In this document: positions 11,773 to 24,205 of the stretch, in pieces
How positions within the stretch are numbered: the first letter of the stretch is position 1
Layout: every line of letters starts with the position of its first letter
Source: Octopus bimaculoides
Taxonomy: Eukaryota
Assembly: GCF_001194135.2 (NCBI RefSeq)
Contig: NC_068984.1
Location: forward strand, 36,702,623 to 36,739,327
Length of the DNA: 36,705 nt
Direction: 5' to 3'
Program-made: the position numbers and the translations under genes
Notes under the pieces: generated by a model
Database searches by the model: none
Seen by the model: the letters and a program-made list of their open reading frames with translations, nothing else
Told to the model about the DNA's origin: nothing

Positions 11773-12430
11773 GAATATTTATTACTCTTTCTGCTTATAT
11801 CTGCTAATATATATTGTTACGGCTATACTTACACAGAATGCTTACAATTATATTCCATATAACTACTGATTTTTCAAATTATACTTAAGTCTAGATAGAC
11901 TTAAATAAATAGAAATTTGATAAGGAAATTACAAATGTTGAGCTTATTTAGATTTTAACTAATGTTTGCTGTTGTATATATCTTGATGTTTAATTTTAAA
12001 CAATAAAACGGAGAAGCTAATATTATATTAGATTTTAAAATCTGATTATGCTTTTTAATGTATTTTATTTATGATTTTTCGTCTCATTAGAATTTAATAC
12101 AGTTATTCGTAATGACAATGATAATAACACATGATAGCAATGTAAGCATATTTAATAAGAATTATTATACATTAACTATCATAAACTGTAGTTTTACAAA
12201 TGTATCTAAATTGTTCATATGAACTCTGAGTTATTTATAATAATTATTAATCGTTCATAAATATACAGTTGCCTATAATATGAATACTATTAAAAAAACT
12301 TACTTATTTACCATAGAATGTTGCATTTTAAATTGTGTAGACATGAGAAATATTAAATACTATGTGATATTTTCTTTTTAAAGCTTTAGGAATAAGACAC
12401 TGTAGCTAAGAACTATATACTGGCATATTA

Positions 12431-12900
12431 CAGGGTTGCTGGGCAAAATTTGACACCTTGCATATATCCCGGCCCTCCACGGCCTCAAGAAATCTCCGGA
12501 ACCTGGCACATGCCTTCCTCACTGTGTCCTTGAGAAGTTCTTGGAACTCTTCCTTGGTCTTGGCCGCCAGCATGTTCTGGCGTTAAAGCAGAGCAGAAGG
12601 CGTCTTCCTCAACAGCACTAGAACAATAATATTCCATGGCATTGCAATAGGGGTGGGGATGGGGAGGCGAGAAATCGGGGCTTTTGAAGTGGTAGAAATC
12701 TTCCGACAACCACTTCCGGTGGTATGGCAAAGAGCTAATCCTGCTACCACAAACATATGCTTCCAACAACAACCGTCTCCAACCCAGGATTCACCACAGT
12801 CTCCAGCAGCGTTACACAGCCGTCTGAACAGAGCTTAAGGTCATATTCAAAGATGTAGAGATGAACTCCGTCGGGCAAAATCAGCCAGGATACCTGCTTT
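12431..12900 (-). mobile_element. DD37D (maT-type) transposon 3' fragment, second subfamily
   Basis: TA plus TIR cagggttgctgggcaaaatttg at 12429-12452. Minus strand encodes decayed LLETVVNP..QD..KWLSEDFYHFKSPDFSPP.P.CNAMEYY.SAVE, the DD37D C-terminus. Confidence 0.8.
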
Positions 12901-12980
12901 GTCCCATGCCCCTGGACACGGCTTCGTGGTCTCCGCTCTAGCTATCGATCTCACGTATTTCAACCTTTAAGTGCTCACAG

Positions 12981-13140
12981 ATTATTGATCAGCAGTCATG
13001 ATGTAGGCATTTTGATATCCGGCGCAAATCATCAGGCTACAGATAAGTCTTTCCCAATACTCGGACAGTTTCCAGTTCTCCGTGCCAACTATCTTTATCT
13101 CAGTTACAAGAGTAACCTTTATGCACTCCAACGCCGTTGA
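12981..13140 (+). CDS. Candidate terminal exon (xLLISSHDVGILISGANHQATDKSFPILGQFPVLRANYLYLSYKSNLYALQRR*)
   Basis: Acceptor gtgctcacag| and only one open frame (52 codons to TGA), in locally higher-GC unique sequence. No homology recognised. Confidence 0.15.
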
Positions 13141-13227
13141 TTTCTCACCAATATATAAAGCCGTTCTTGATAAAGGAAGACAAAAATTCGTCAAATTTAG
13201 CTCGAGAAACTTGTACTATGCAGGAAA

Positions 13228-13350
13228 GAGCGGCAGAGTGGTTGAATCATTAGCCCTACGTTGTTTATTTGGGCTCTTTACTTTCTGACTTTAAAACCTA
13301 CCTTACTCAACATTGACTTTCATCCCGCGTCTATTGATAACATAAAATAA
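13228..13350 (+). mobile_element. Highly decayed SINE family 1 fragment
   Basis: gagcggcagagtggttgaatcattag head and ttgactttcatcc block. Confidence 0.4.
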
Positions 13351-13739
13351 CAATCAAGTCTTGGATTCGAAATAATCGAGTTACGCCTTTCCTTTACAAA
13401 TCGCTAGCCTTTCCGCTAAGATACAAAAGCTTTTAATATGCAAATGGAGATGAATTTACACACTTTTATTAAAGTAAGATCTATACTTGTCACTATTAAT
13501 TGATTTTTATCAAATATTAATAATCCATTTATTACATTCATAGACAACAATATATTAGTTTACTTTAGAAGGATCTGTTCAGTAGTTAATTAATATGGAA
13601 CAGCGGTTGCTATGTCTAAACTCATACTACTATCTGAGATTGATTATATTTTGGTGCATTATGCTGCCAATTATTTATCTGTGCGTGTGTATGTTTGCAC
13701 GATTACGATTCATACTTGACAACCACACGCTTTTGGTTT

Positions 13740-13970
13740 CACTCCCACTCTACAGCGCCTTAGGAAATTGACTTCTATCATCGTTCATTGCCGACCAGCG
13801 CGTTGAGTGAGGCTAATACACAGAAACTGTATAGACGTCTGTCGTGTCCGTCTATTTATCTTTATACATACGTTTTGTTCATGTCGGTGCGTTTGTCGTC
13901 CCACCGCTCCACAACTAGTGTTGATTAGTTAAAGTAATCGTCACTGAGCTGTTTAACAAAAGAGACCGAT
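13740..13970 (+). mobile_element. Decayed SINE family 2-like fragment
   Basis: tttgtcgtcccaccgctccacaactagtgttg...caaaagagaccgat matches the family 2 body seen at 8403-8755. Confidence 0.45.
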
Positions 13971-14685
13971 TTAATAACAGCCAAAATAGATATTAGAAGT
14001 CTGAGCACCAGCTTGGTCGCTGTCCAATGCCTGAAAATAACTAAGGAGTATATGATGACAGCAACAGGATCTCAGGTGTCGCTTGACTGTTCTCTTAAAC
14101 ATGAACAGCCCTGAAGTGGGGGGTTTTTTCTGTACTGCTAGAAACCTATTCATTTTTGCATACGTATGGCAACTTCGGTGCCTCTTGTAGTATTTGTCCA
14201 AAGAGCTAACCACCCACGTCATGACTTAGATTTTACATGTATATTTTGAAGACAGAGTTTAAACGATGTCTTTTGTACAATCAGCAATTAACAATTGTGA
14301 CGTACACTTTATTTCATATATAACAATATAATTACCTAATATACGGTGCTGGAGATTTTAAGTTATTTAATTAGAATGCTAAGGCATTATTTAAATTCTA
14401 GCGGACAAATATTTTTCTTATCAGAAATTTTTAACAATGTTTATATATGCAGGTTGTGTTTTGTTATCAGTAAATTTTGTATGAATAACAATAACATTAT
14501 GAATTATTCAATATTGCCTCTGAAGAAACTTTGTAAGAAATTTTGAAACAACTACTTCAACTATGGAGCCTTTATTTACACATGCACACACACAAAAGTA
14601 TACACACTCATACATAGGTACACACACACATACATAGATATAGATATATACATGAACATACATATACATATAAATACATATATAT

Positions 14686-14975
14686 NNNNNNNNNNNNNNN
14701 NNNNNNNNNNNNNNNNNNNNNNNNNNNNNNNNNNNNNNNNNNNNNNNNNNNNNNNNNNNNNNNNNNNNNNNNNNNNNNNNNNNNNNNNNNNNNNNNNNNN
14801 NNNNNNNNNNNNNNNNNNNNNNNNNNNNNNNNNNNNNNNNNNNNNNNNNNNNNNNNNNNNNNNNNNNNNNNNNNNNNNNNNNNNNNNNNNNNNNNNNNNN
14901 NNNNNNNNNNNNNNNNNNNNNNNNNNNNNNNNNNNNNNNNNNNNNNNNNNNNNNNNNNNNNNNNNNNNNNNNNNN
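14686..14975. other. Assembly gap (N run) inside (TA)n
   Basis: Direct reading. Confidence 0.99.
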
Positions 14976-15412
14976 ATATATATATATATATATATATATA
15001 TAAATTCAAGATTATATGTTCAAAAGAATATGGTATACACACTAAGGGTACACTACTCACAGTCCACTAACTATGTGAGAGCATATTTTACGAAAACAGA
15101 TTCTTTCGTTCGACCTCGACGAGATATCAACACATTTCATGCTCAGAGTTTCTCATATAAGCAAATACTCTATCTTCTTATAAATATGTGCGTATTTGTT
15201 TGTGTCTGTGTCTTCGTATATCTGTGTGGATGTGCATGTATGTATGCATGTACCTATCTATTTATTCATGTGTATGTATATATGTATCTATGTACTTAAG
15301 TGTATGTATGCATGTATTTGTGCGTGCGCGCGCGTTTGTGTGTGTGTGTGTATGCCTCTATGTATGCATATATACACACATATATGCATGCATACAGACA
15401 CATTTTTCTTAC

Positions 15413-15505
15413 TTTCTGAGTTTTGAAGATGACGGGAACCCATGAGATTAACAGGTCCTCTGAGTAAGAAGGTTTCATCACCGTGGATAGTGAAGGTTAA
15501 GTGGC
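15413..15505 (-). CDS. Candidate 93-nt phase 1-1 exon (GHLTFTIHGDETFLLRGPVNLMGSRHLQNSE)
   Basis: Long AG-free pyrimidine-rich stretch upstream of caccaccag|, donor AAA|GTAAGA, and a single open frame. A competing 56-aa ORF lies on the plus strand. Confidence 0.2.
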
Positions 15506-15934
15506 CTGGTGGTGCCAGATTCGTCGAGTTCCGGAAACAGTTACGAGAATCAACGGTCATTAATGTAGTGAAAGAAAAAATAAAAAGAGGTGATAGCATG
15601 CTTGTAGGATAGAATCAGGAGTGTATCCTTATGTGTATCCGTTAATGATGGGATGCCAGTTACCCGAGCATTCGTTGTGTGATTGTACTCTGGAATGCCA
15701 ATATGTGTAGTAGCCGCCCCGCCCCGGTGCGCAACAAACTATTGCAGACCATTGGAGCTTCGTAGAATGTGAGAACTAAAATATCTTCTGCTCTAAAGGT
15801 AAAGGATTGTCTTTGGTTTTCGGTCCTAGCTCTGTTTAGAGTTAAATCCAACTGCTTGCCGCTCAAGATTAAAGGATATTTGATGCAGTATTGCGTTCTT
15901 GAACATACACATACACACAGACTCTCACAAAACA

Positions 15935-15982
<48 letters not shown>

Positions 15983-16082
15983 AATACATACCAGTATGTT
16001 ATTCGTGTGTATTCGATGGCCTGAAGCTTTGAAGAACGTTAAGATAGTTGTCTACTGCTAGACAATGCTCAAGTGTTAATTT

Positions 16083-16212
16083 AATTTATCAACCTTGAAG
16101 GGATGAAAGGCAAAATCATCCCTGGTGGAATTTGAACTCAGAACGTAAAGCCGGAAGAAATGATGCTAAGCATTTTATCTGCTTGCTAAAAATTCCACTA
16201 GCTCACCACTTT
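16083..16212 (-). mobile_element. SINE family 1, 5' fragment
   Basis: ggatgaaaggcaaa..ggaatttgaactcagaacgtaaag..gctaagcatttt..agctcaccacttt is the reverse complement of the family 1 head. Confidence 0.75.
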
Positions 16213-16559
16213 AGGTAGTTTGCGAAATATAGTCCCCGCTTATCATATAAAGGGATGTTCTTTTTTCGTTGCAGCCATAGCAATCTGCAAATTCGACAGA
16301 AATGCAGTTCATCCGTGCTCTTATATCGTAGTTAATTTGTTATTCAAGCTTTAAATTATTATATTTTCCCCACCAACTGTTTTGCTAGCTTCAAACATAC
16401 AAACCAGAATTACTTGTTGCCAGATTTCTGTGGCCTAAAGTCATCATTCATTTTGTAATCCATCAAACTACTAAATGAATAACGCTAGCAAAACATTAAA
16501 TGAGCGTTCCAGAAACTATAGTCTGTAGTGTTTTAATAATACCAATATATGGGTGTGCT

Positions 16560-16971
16560 TCTGCGCGCATATGTATGTGTGTGTGCATTTTCAGGTTGTA
16601 TGTGTGCATTTTCATGTTGTATGTGTGTACGTGTGTATGTGTGTACGTGTGTATGTGTGTATAAGTGTGCGCGCGCGCGATTCTGTGTATTAATGGCCTA
16701 ATAGTTACTTCTCTAAATACACAAACGTAAACATTGAGCCAGACGTAAGCACACACTCTGCTACAGGAATACACATACATATTACATATTACATATATAG
16801 ATACATATATAGATACATATATAAATGCGTGTATGTGTGTGCATATGTGTGCACACAAACACAGACCCACTGCAACACATATATGTGTGTGCCTCTCTAT
16901 GTGTTTGGGTGTGTGTCAGTGTGTACATATATTTATATATACGTGGGTATACGCATATGTATACATGTATG

Positions 16972-17002
<31 letters not shown>

Positions 17003-17116
17003 TGTGCATACGTGCATATTTATATACCACACAAAATATACACATGCACACGTACACACACACGCATACATACTTATACACAAGTACACACACACACACA
17101 CATATATATACACACA

Positions 17117-17163
<47 letters not shown>

Positions 17164-17368
17164 AGTATACATTNNNNNNNNNNNNNNNNNNNNNNNNNNN
17201 NNNNNNNNNNNNNNNNNNNNNNNNNNNNNNNNNNNNNNNNNNNNNNNNNNNNNNNNNNNNNNNNNNNNNNNNNNNNNNNNNNNNNNNNNNNNNNNNNNNN
17301 NNNNNNNNNNNNNNNNNNNNNNNNNNNNNNNNNNNNNNNNNNNNNNNNNNNNNNNNNNNNNNNNNNNN

Positions 17369-17410
<42 letters not shown>
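16560..17410. repeat. Compound (TG)n/(CA)n/(TA)n microsatellite field including an N gap (17174-17368)
   Basis: Direct reading. It explains the many Y/I/H/C/V-rich ORFs in the track. Confidence 0.9.
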
Positions 17411-17412
<2 letters not shown>

Positions 17413-18311
17413 AGTATACATTTTTAATTATCTTTCCTATCCTTATATATTTATGTGTTTGTTGTGGGTGTACTTGTCTGTGTGTTCTTCTATATATTTG
17501 CCCGGGCATACATTGTTTGCTATGTAATCTTGCCGTTCATTTCATTTATATTTTCATATGATATATTTCGTTGCTTTTATTATGTTTATTGCGTATATTT
17601 GTTTCTTTTGTCCAGTATATAATTTTTGTTTTATTTCTGTACTAGACTCCAATACGATTTTGTGTTAACAGACAAAATTTATTACCATTTACACCAACTT
17701 AAACATCAGTTCAACTAAGACCCACACCGACTCATACATGACACTAGAACCGGATTAAAGCAATAGCTCAGCTGCCGACGACACATTAATTAATTGGTCT
17801 GAACGTACACACCAACATTTCAGCTTGAGTCAACAATATTCTGATGAGAAGTCTGTTGATTCTAACTGTTGTGCGTTAGTATAAACGTTGAGTCATATAA
17901 AAATTGTTTATTTTATGAAGCAAAAATATATAAAAAAAAACGAATATGGAGAAATATAAGTACGTTAATTCTACTTAAAACTCTGCTTATGCTTTTTGCT
18001 TCGGGAGACTTTCTGTATGCTTGTGTTAGTGGGTGGAAAACACTGATGTAGCAATACTTTTTGTCGTCAGGTTGTAGGGATATTATGATATTTATACGTT
18101 TTTCCAAAGGTTAACGTAGCATTTGAACGTTAGAAAATGGCCGAATATAGGCTTAATACTTTGCAATATTTGTGAAATATCTATTTAACTTGCTAATTTT
18201 ATAGCCACAATGGGCTTTGTTTTAATTTGGTAAGATCCAATAAAATTAGAACTAATCATTTATTGCGAGGCAATTCAGCCCACTGAATTACTACTTTCTA
18301 GGTTTTAGTCT

Positions 18312-18525
18312 TAAGGCGGCGAGCTGACAGAATCGTTAGCACGCTGGGCAAAATGCTTAGCGGCATTTAATCCATCTTTACGGTGTCAGTTCAAATACCA
18401 CCATTATTTACTTTACATTTTATCATTTTAGGTCACCAGTTGTGAATGGGAGTTGGGGGGTGCAATGTAATCGACTTATCCGTCCCCGAAATCGCGAGCC
18501 TTGTCCAGAATTTGAAACCAATATT
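18312..18525 (+). mobile_element. SINE family 1, full length
   Basis: aaggcggcgagctgacagaatcgttagcacgctgggcaaaatgcttagcggcattt...gttcaaat...gccttgtccagaatttgaaaccaatatt. Confidence 0.85.
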
Positions 18526-18914
18526 AGGACTTCTTTACGCATTTCTACGACTATAGTCCCAGTTTTAGAACGTATATACATGGGTCTACAAATATAATCA
18601 TAGCAACAAACAAAATTAAATGAATGCTAATTTTTTCTTTAATTTTTAAATTCATTTTCTGTTCTATCGAACTTTCCTTTTCGTCTCACCGACCTTGTTG
18701 CTAGTTCCAGTAATTTTATATCAATGTTGAAATTCGTTCTTAGACGAATTTATATAATTAACCAATAGCCAATATTTTCTCAATAAACATTTTATTGTAT
18801 GTCCGTATAATGCATGTATAAATCATTTCCATTAAAAACATATTCAGGGCCATTTATTAGTCAGTATGAATAGGATCTATTCCTAGATATTATGTTTTTA
18901 ATATTACCGCGAAG

Positions 18915-19135
18915 CAAAGCGGCGAGCTGGCAGAAACGTTAGCACGCCGGGCGAAAAGCTTTGCGGTATTTCGTCTGTCTTTACCCTCTGATTTCAAATT
19001 CCACCGAGGCCGACTTTGCCTTTCATCCTTTTGGAATCGATAAATTAAGTACCAGTTGCGTACTGGAGATCAATCTAATCGACTGGACTCTCCCCAAAAC
19101 TTTTTGAGCCTTGTGCCTAGAGTAGGAAAGAATAT
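18915..19135 (+). mobile_element. SINE family 1, full length (alternative tail ..cctagagtaggaaagaatatt)
   Basis: gcggcgagctggcagaaacgttagcacgccgggcgaaa..ttcaaattccaccgaggccgactttgcctttcatcc; the least decayed copy in the window. Confidence 0.9.
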
Positions 19136-19629
19136 TTTTGTATCGTAATAAATATTCACCGCCGCTTTCTTTACTGTGTCTTATCCATAGTGGAGACATT
19201 AAAGAGCAAACGGGTTGGTTTTATGAATTAGTGCCATTTGTGAAGAACTGCCCCCAAACCGTTCTAATAGAGATGAACAAACTATATTTTCTAAGTTCAT
19301 ACATATATACCCGGACAGTATAGATTTGCTGATATAAAAGAGAGGTTCATCAAAACTGGTACAAAATCCACTGCTTGAAAGTATTAGCACAGGTGGCATT
19401 TGTTGAAATCATCTCCATATTAGATAATGCGATATGTTCTTACACTTTGAAACCCAAAAAAATCAGTGGAGAATTTTTCTACCATAAAATCAAACAAAAG
19501 ATTTATGAAAATCAGTGTTCCTGATATTACTGCATCTCTTACGATCATCATCACCATTATCTTACACATGTACGAACTTTGGTTAAGCCAAAAGCACATC
19601 TTACATTGTGTTTATTTTANNNNNNNNNN

Positions 19630-19660
<31 letters not shown>

Positions 19661-19696
19661 CCCTACATGTATATCTATTTATCTATCTATCTTTCT

Positions 19697-19728
<32 letters not shown>

Positions 19729-20021
19729 ACGGTCAACAGATGAGATCCAGAGATACTCATTATAGAAAAAACTTACTAGTGATCAAATGATTTGAACTTA
19801 CACTCCGACACCTTTATCGAGACCTGAATCCGCGAGGTAAAGTGCAACTATAAGAGGAATCCAGGTGAGCTGATATAGACATAATGATGCAAATATACAA
19901 ATATACCCAAATAAATATTCTCGCTTAATTCAATACAATTTAATATTTTGCTATTAGACCTTTACGACGATGCTGTTTTAAATTTAGAAAACATTTTCTT
20001 TTACCTTATTTACACCTTTAG

Positions 20022-20101
20022 GATTAATGTGTCCATACAGATTGAACATACACACGCAAGAATTTGGATTTTCACCGCTAATGTCACCCGTGATGAGGCA
20101 G
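20022..20101 (+). CDS. Candidate 80-nt exon (either xINVSIQIEHTHARIWIFTANVTRDEAx or xLMCPYRLNIHTQEFGFSPLMSPVMRQ)
   Basis: Strong acceptor ttttaccttatttacacctttag| and donor CAG|GTGACT. Two frames are open and no homology was recognised. Confidence 0.25.
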
Positions 20102-20457
20102 GTGACTGTTTCCTACTGCTGTCCGTTGTCAATCAGATTACTTAGATTTGTGCTTTGTTATGAACTTGTTGGCATTAGTTGTTTCTTTGGCGAATATTAT
20201 AGAGTAAAAATGCGTTGACCACTAACGTTTTCCTATACAGTTTTCCTTTTTGGCGTGTTGTGTGAAAACTGATCCTTGCTATAAATGCATGTTACCACAC
20301 TAGGAGAGTACCAAATTTTTGCGCTGTTATATGAATCCGAGTCATGTACTTCACAACTTCTACTATTGCAGTTGAATTTCTAAATCCTCCCAGTCATTAT
20401 TCATGTACTTGAGGTTTACAAGAAGCGCTTTATTCAGTTTCTAACTTAAATGGCTTC

Positions 20458-20684
20458 GAAGTAGTTGTATGCTGTCAACTTAATGTGATACTCCCTTGAA
20501 GGGAATAATACTACTGTTGGTTAGACCTAGGAAGCTGCACCGCTTCCTGTCCGCCTTGAGACATTTCCTGTGTCCTTATGTGTCAAGGCCGACAGGAAGC
20601 GGTGCAGCTTCCTAGGTCAAACCAACAGTAGTATTATTCCTTTCAGGGGACTGTCACATTAAGTTGACAGCACACAACTACTTC
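20458..20684. repeat. 227-bp near-perfect inverted repeat (107-bp arms, 13-nt loop)
   Basis: 20458-20564 is the reverse complement of 20578-20684, with 8 mismatches counted by eye and no indels. Confidence 0.95.
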
Positions 20685-21169
20685 ATCGTATCACTACTGC
20701 ATAAATCTCTCTGAGAGATTTAGAAATGTATTATTTCTAAAATTAAATGGCCTCGTAATGCGCTATTGCATTTTTATAATGAGTTCATCAATTCTATATT
20801 TAGGGTGCATTTGATTAATAGAATAGATTTTATGTGGGGGAGGGGGTCAATAATTTTCTTAATATGTACCGCTTTTAGAAAAATTTCTCCGTTTTGAATG
20901 TGATACTCATGTTCCATATTTAGGTCTATTAGAATACAAATCAATTGCTCCTACTTCGTTTATTACGTTAATTTCTTAATTTAGACTTTCGTTTGTGGAG
21001 ATTTTCTAAATATTGTTCTATGTAGGGCTGTAGACACTGACTTTCAAATAGTTGCGTGGCCTAGCACTTTCGTCAAATAAATATACGCACTTATTTTTTG
21101 TATTTTGATCCCTTTCATATTATAGACTTTCAGTGGTCTTAAGCTGGTATTATATTTGACCGGCAAACT

Positions 21170-21848
21170 GATGTCACGAAAACTGAAACATTGATCCTCT
21201 CACGGAAGCCATTCCGGAGCACTCTGCATGTTAATGGAACGTCACTGAAACAATTGGAGGAATTTAAGTATCACAGAGCCGTAATCACGGATGATAGAAA
21301 GGAGGAGAGGTGAATTGGATGCTAGGATTACCGGGGTTGTGACAGTAATGTGCCAGCTCCAGCATTCGATCTTCAGAAGAAGAGATGCTGGTAAAATTCA
21401 GCAGTGACTATCTTCATTTCGGTTTTCGTGCCTATCCTTATCTACGGTCATGAATATTGGGTAATGACTGAACGAATACGACCGCAAATACAAGCGGCCC
21501 AAGTGAGGTTCTTCCAAAAGGTCTGTAGATCAGTGTTAATCAACAGGGTGCCTAACTGAGGGTCAGCGATAGTCTCCATGTCAAGCAAGTACTTTTCTGC
21601 ACTGTGTGGTCACAGCTCTGGTACGACAGACATGTACTAAGAATGTTGTAGGAAAGAATCGCAAGATGGATCTTTCAATCCAAAACAACCAGGGCAAGGG
21701 ACATCTATGAGTAGTTAAAGAACGAGATGGTCGCATAGTATTCATTGTCTGAGTTGGTAACGCTTAAGAATCCAACTAGAAAATGGAATGACGAAACATC
21801 TACCCCAACGATCCTGCCAGGAACAGTAGGCGGAGATAAATGGATGTG
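21170..21848 (+). mobile_element. RTE-clade LINE, 5'-truncated 3' end (decayed)
   Basis: Translates to KTETLILSRKP..LHVNGTSLKQLEEFKY..FVPILIYGHEYWVMTERIRPQIQAAQVRF, the post-RT region of RTE elements. Ends in a ggcggagataaatggatg Expander-like tail. Confidence 0.8.
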
Positions 21849-21949
21849 TATGCTGTTTAAAAAATGAAATATATCAGTAACCCCATATCTTAAGATTTAC
21901 ATAAAGAAACGTGTACATTTCTGGTGGTCAAATTGGGTATGGAGTCGCT

Positions 21950-23340
21950 TTTTGTCGTTTCTGTTTATTTATCGATGATTCAGTCTTTTACTACATGATG
22001 AATATATTGGCCATATATCTTGTGTATATGAGACTTATGTAGTAGTTCTTTAGTATTCTTTTGTTGCCATATAGTTTCATATGAACATTGGTCCTACGAG
22101 GAGGTCTATGCGCAGTCTATTTGTATAAATACATGAAAATTTCCAGTGGCTGCTGTAGTACACAGTACTAATTGTTTCCTGAGTATTTTAGCTGGTAGCA
22201 TTGATAGTTATATTTTTCGGTGTTTTGTATATATTATTTAAAATAATCTCTTGTTCCTACACTACACAACGTACGATGGAAATATTCCCGACGCCGGTAT
22301 TGTTTGTAAATGTTTTTTTGTTATTTAATAATTCCGTTCGGTGTGTGTAAATTATATTTTTCCTCTGGACATATTTTGGGTGAATTCTCCTTCAGTATAG
22401 GGAAAATATGGACATCTTGTTAGTACGTTTTTCACCGGAACAAGATTACTTGGTTTAACTTTTAATTGTGTGGTAATTACTTTTCTGAATCTTGGTATCT
22501 TTGGTTTTGTCGTTAAGTAAAATGATAATTTTTGTAATATATTCGTCTTCATCCGATTACAAATATATTGCTTTTTCACAGTTACATATGTTGATGTCAT
22601 TAATTTTAAATCACAGAGGATTTCTTAGGTTTAGTACTGAAAAGTTTTTAATTGCTGTGTGGCCATATATGTCTACCACAGTCTCTGCTGATTTAACTGT
22701 GAATATTATATTCTATGTCGTTAATATATTATTTCTAATTTTCTGCTGCTTATTAGATTAGTTTTATCTGGAAGTTCTTTCTGTGTTAGCTTTATTACAT
22801 TTATATGTGGAAATAGATAGTAAAATTGAGACATTTCTTATAGTCCAGGTTGTTTGTTCGGTTTGTGAAGTTAAGAACTATGTCTTCGCGGATGGGCATA
22901 GTGATGTATCTGATGTAGTGTTTTCGATGTATATTTTTTATATTGATGTGTCTAAATTGGCGTGATGCATCTGTCCGTATGATATCCAAAGCTGAGTATT
23001 CATTGTTTAATGAATGTTCCTTACTAATTTTCAAATATTTTTCTTGAACATTTTCTCTATCAGTGTCTGTTATAGTGCTTCTTGTGCGATCAATTTCTCC
23101 AGGAAATTTTCCATGCATTTTTCTAGTTTTTGCAATCTTCTTGTGTAGTTTTAGATATGTGTAAGAAACAGTAAGCTCTGTATAGTCGAATGTCTAAGAT
23201 GTGTGCATCGCAGTCACGAGTTTCCGAGTTCCATCCCACTACCTGGCATTTTGAGAAAATGTAATTTTCTATAGTCTCAAGTTTTCCCATATCTTGGAAG
23301 AGAAAATTTCGAATAGATTGTACAAACATCGGTTACACTT
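21950..23340 (-). mobile_element. Penelope-like retroelement relic (RT C-terminal half plus start of GIY-YIG region)
   Basis: Fragmented minus-strand ORFs (23123-23329, 22801-23118, 22352-22600) resemble Penelope RT/thumb regions and the Cys-containing RCPY..EGEF GIY-YIG linker. Many stops. Confidence 0.65.
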
Positions 23341-23376
23341 ATTCTGCCTGAGAATTATGTTAATGGTACACATGTA

Positions 23377-24205
23377 CATGGTCTGATCAATAAGTATCGG
23401 AACTGCTGCCATAATAACAAAGCTAAAATACGCAGAGTGAAGCCGCTTAGCACAGATTGGCCTTGAACTCTGCTGTACATGTGCATTAAGATTTAACGTT
23501 CTAGCACCTTTCCGCTATTTACAGCAGTACTTGGAAGAAAGGTGTGTAGCGTGTGACAGTCGCATTGACCATGACAATGAAAGCTGAGCAGAGAATCTGC
23601 ATCAAATTTTGCCTAAAGCTTGGTGATACCTGCTCAGAGGCCTACGCAAAGTTTTCGAAAAAATTCCATCGTTCTCGATGCAATCAAACTTGGCAGACAC
23701 GAGTCTCATACCCAAATCTTCAGTGATAATGGACTGAATTGAATCGTAACTAATTTGCACATTTTCTGATAACTCATGGGTGGTGATTCAATGATTTCCC
23801 CTCACAGTTACACACACACCTGTGATGTTTTCTCAGTTCTGCTGGTTGCGGATCTCCCAGAACGTTTGTCAATATCGACATATTTTCGGCCATCTGGGAA
23901 CGTCTGAACCATTCGTACATTTGAGTGCGGCTCATACACACATCTACATACACTTTCTGCAACTGTGCCTAGGTCTCTGAGCAGGTATCGCCGTGATAAC
24001 TTTCTCTGTCACGGTCAATGCGACGATCACACGCTACATGCCTTCCTTCCAAGCACTACTGTAAACAGCGGAAGTGAATTAGAACGTTAAACTTAGTGTG
24101 CATGCACAGAAGAGTTCACGGTCAATCTGTGCCAACCAACTTCACACTGCGTGCTTTAGCTTCGTTATTATGGTAACAATCCAGATACTTATTGATCACA
24201 TCTCG
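23377..24205. mobile_element. Fold-back mariner derivative: two 5' ends in inverted orientation, TA TSD on both sides
   Basis: TA-catggtctgatcaataagtatc...gatacttattgatcacatctcg-TA. Left arm encodes AEQRICIKFCLKLGDTCSEAYAK (+). Right part encodes MSRTQMYEWFRR..ID..RSG..T (-) up to VSAKF. Confidence 0.85.

Noticed and set aside
17140-17422. Direct repeat (TA)n-ttgagtatacatt on both sides of the N gap
   Set aside because: Most simply an assembly overlap (the same contig end written twice around a gap), not a biological duplication
14608-17561. Long ORFs (up to 242 aa) rich in Y/I/H/T/C/V and X
   Set aside because: They are translations of (TA)n/(CA)n/(TG)n microsatellites and N gaps
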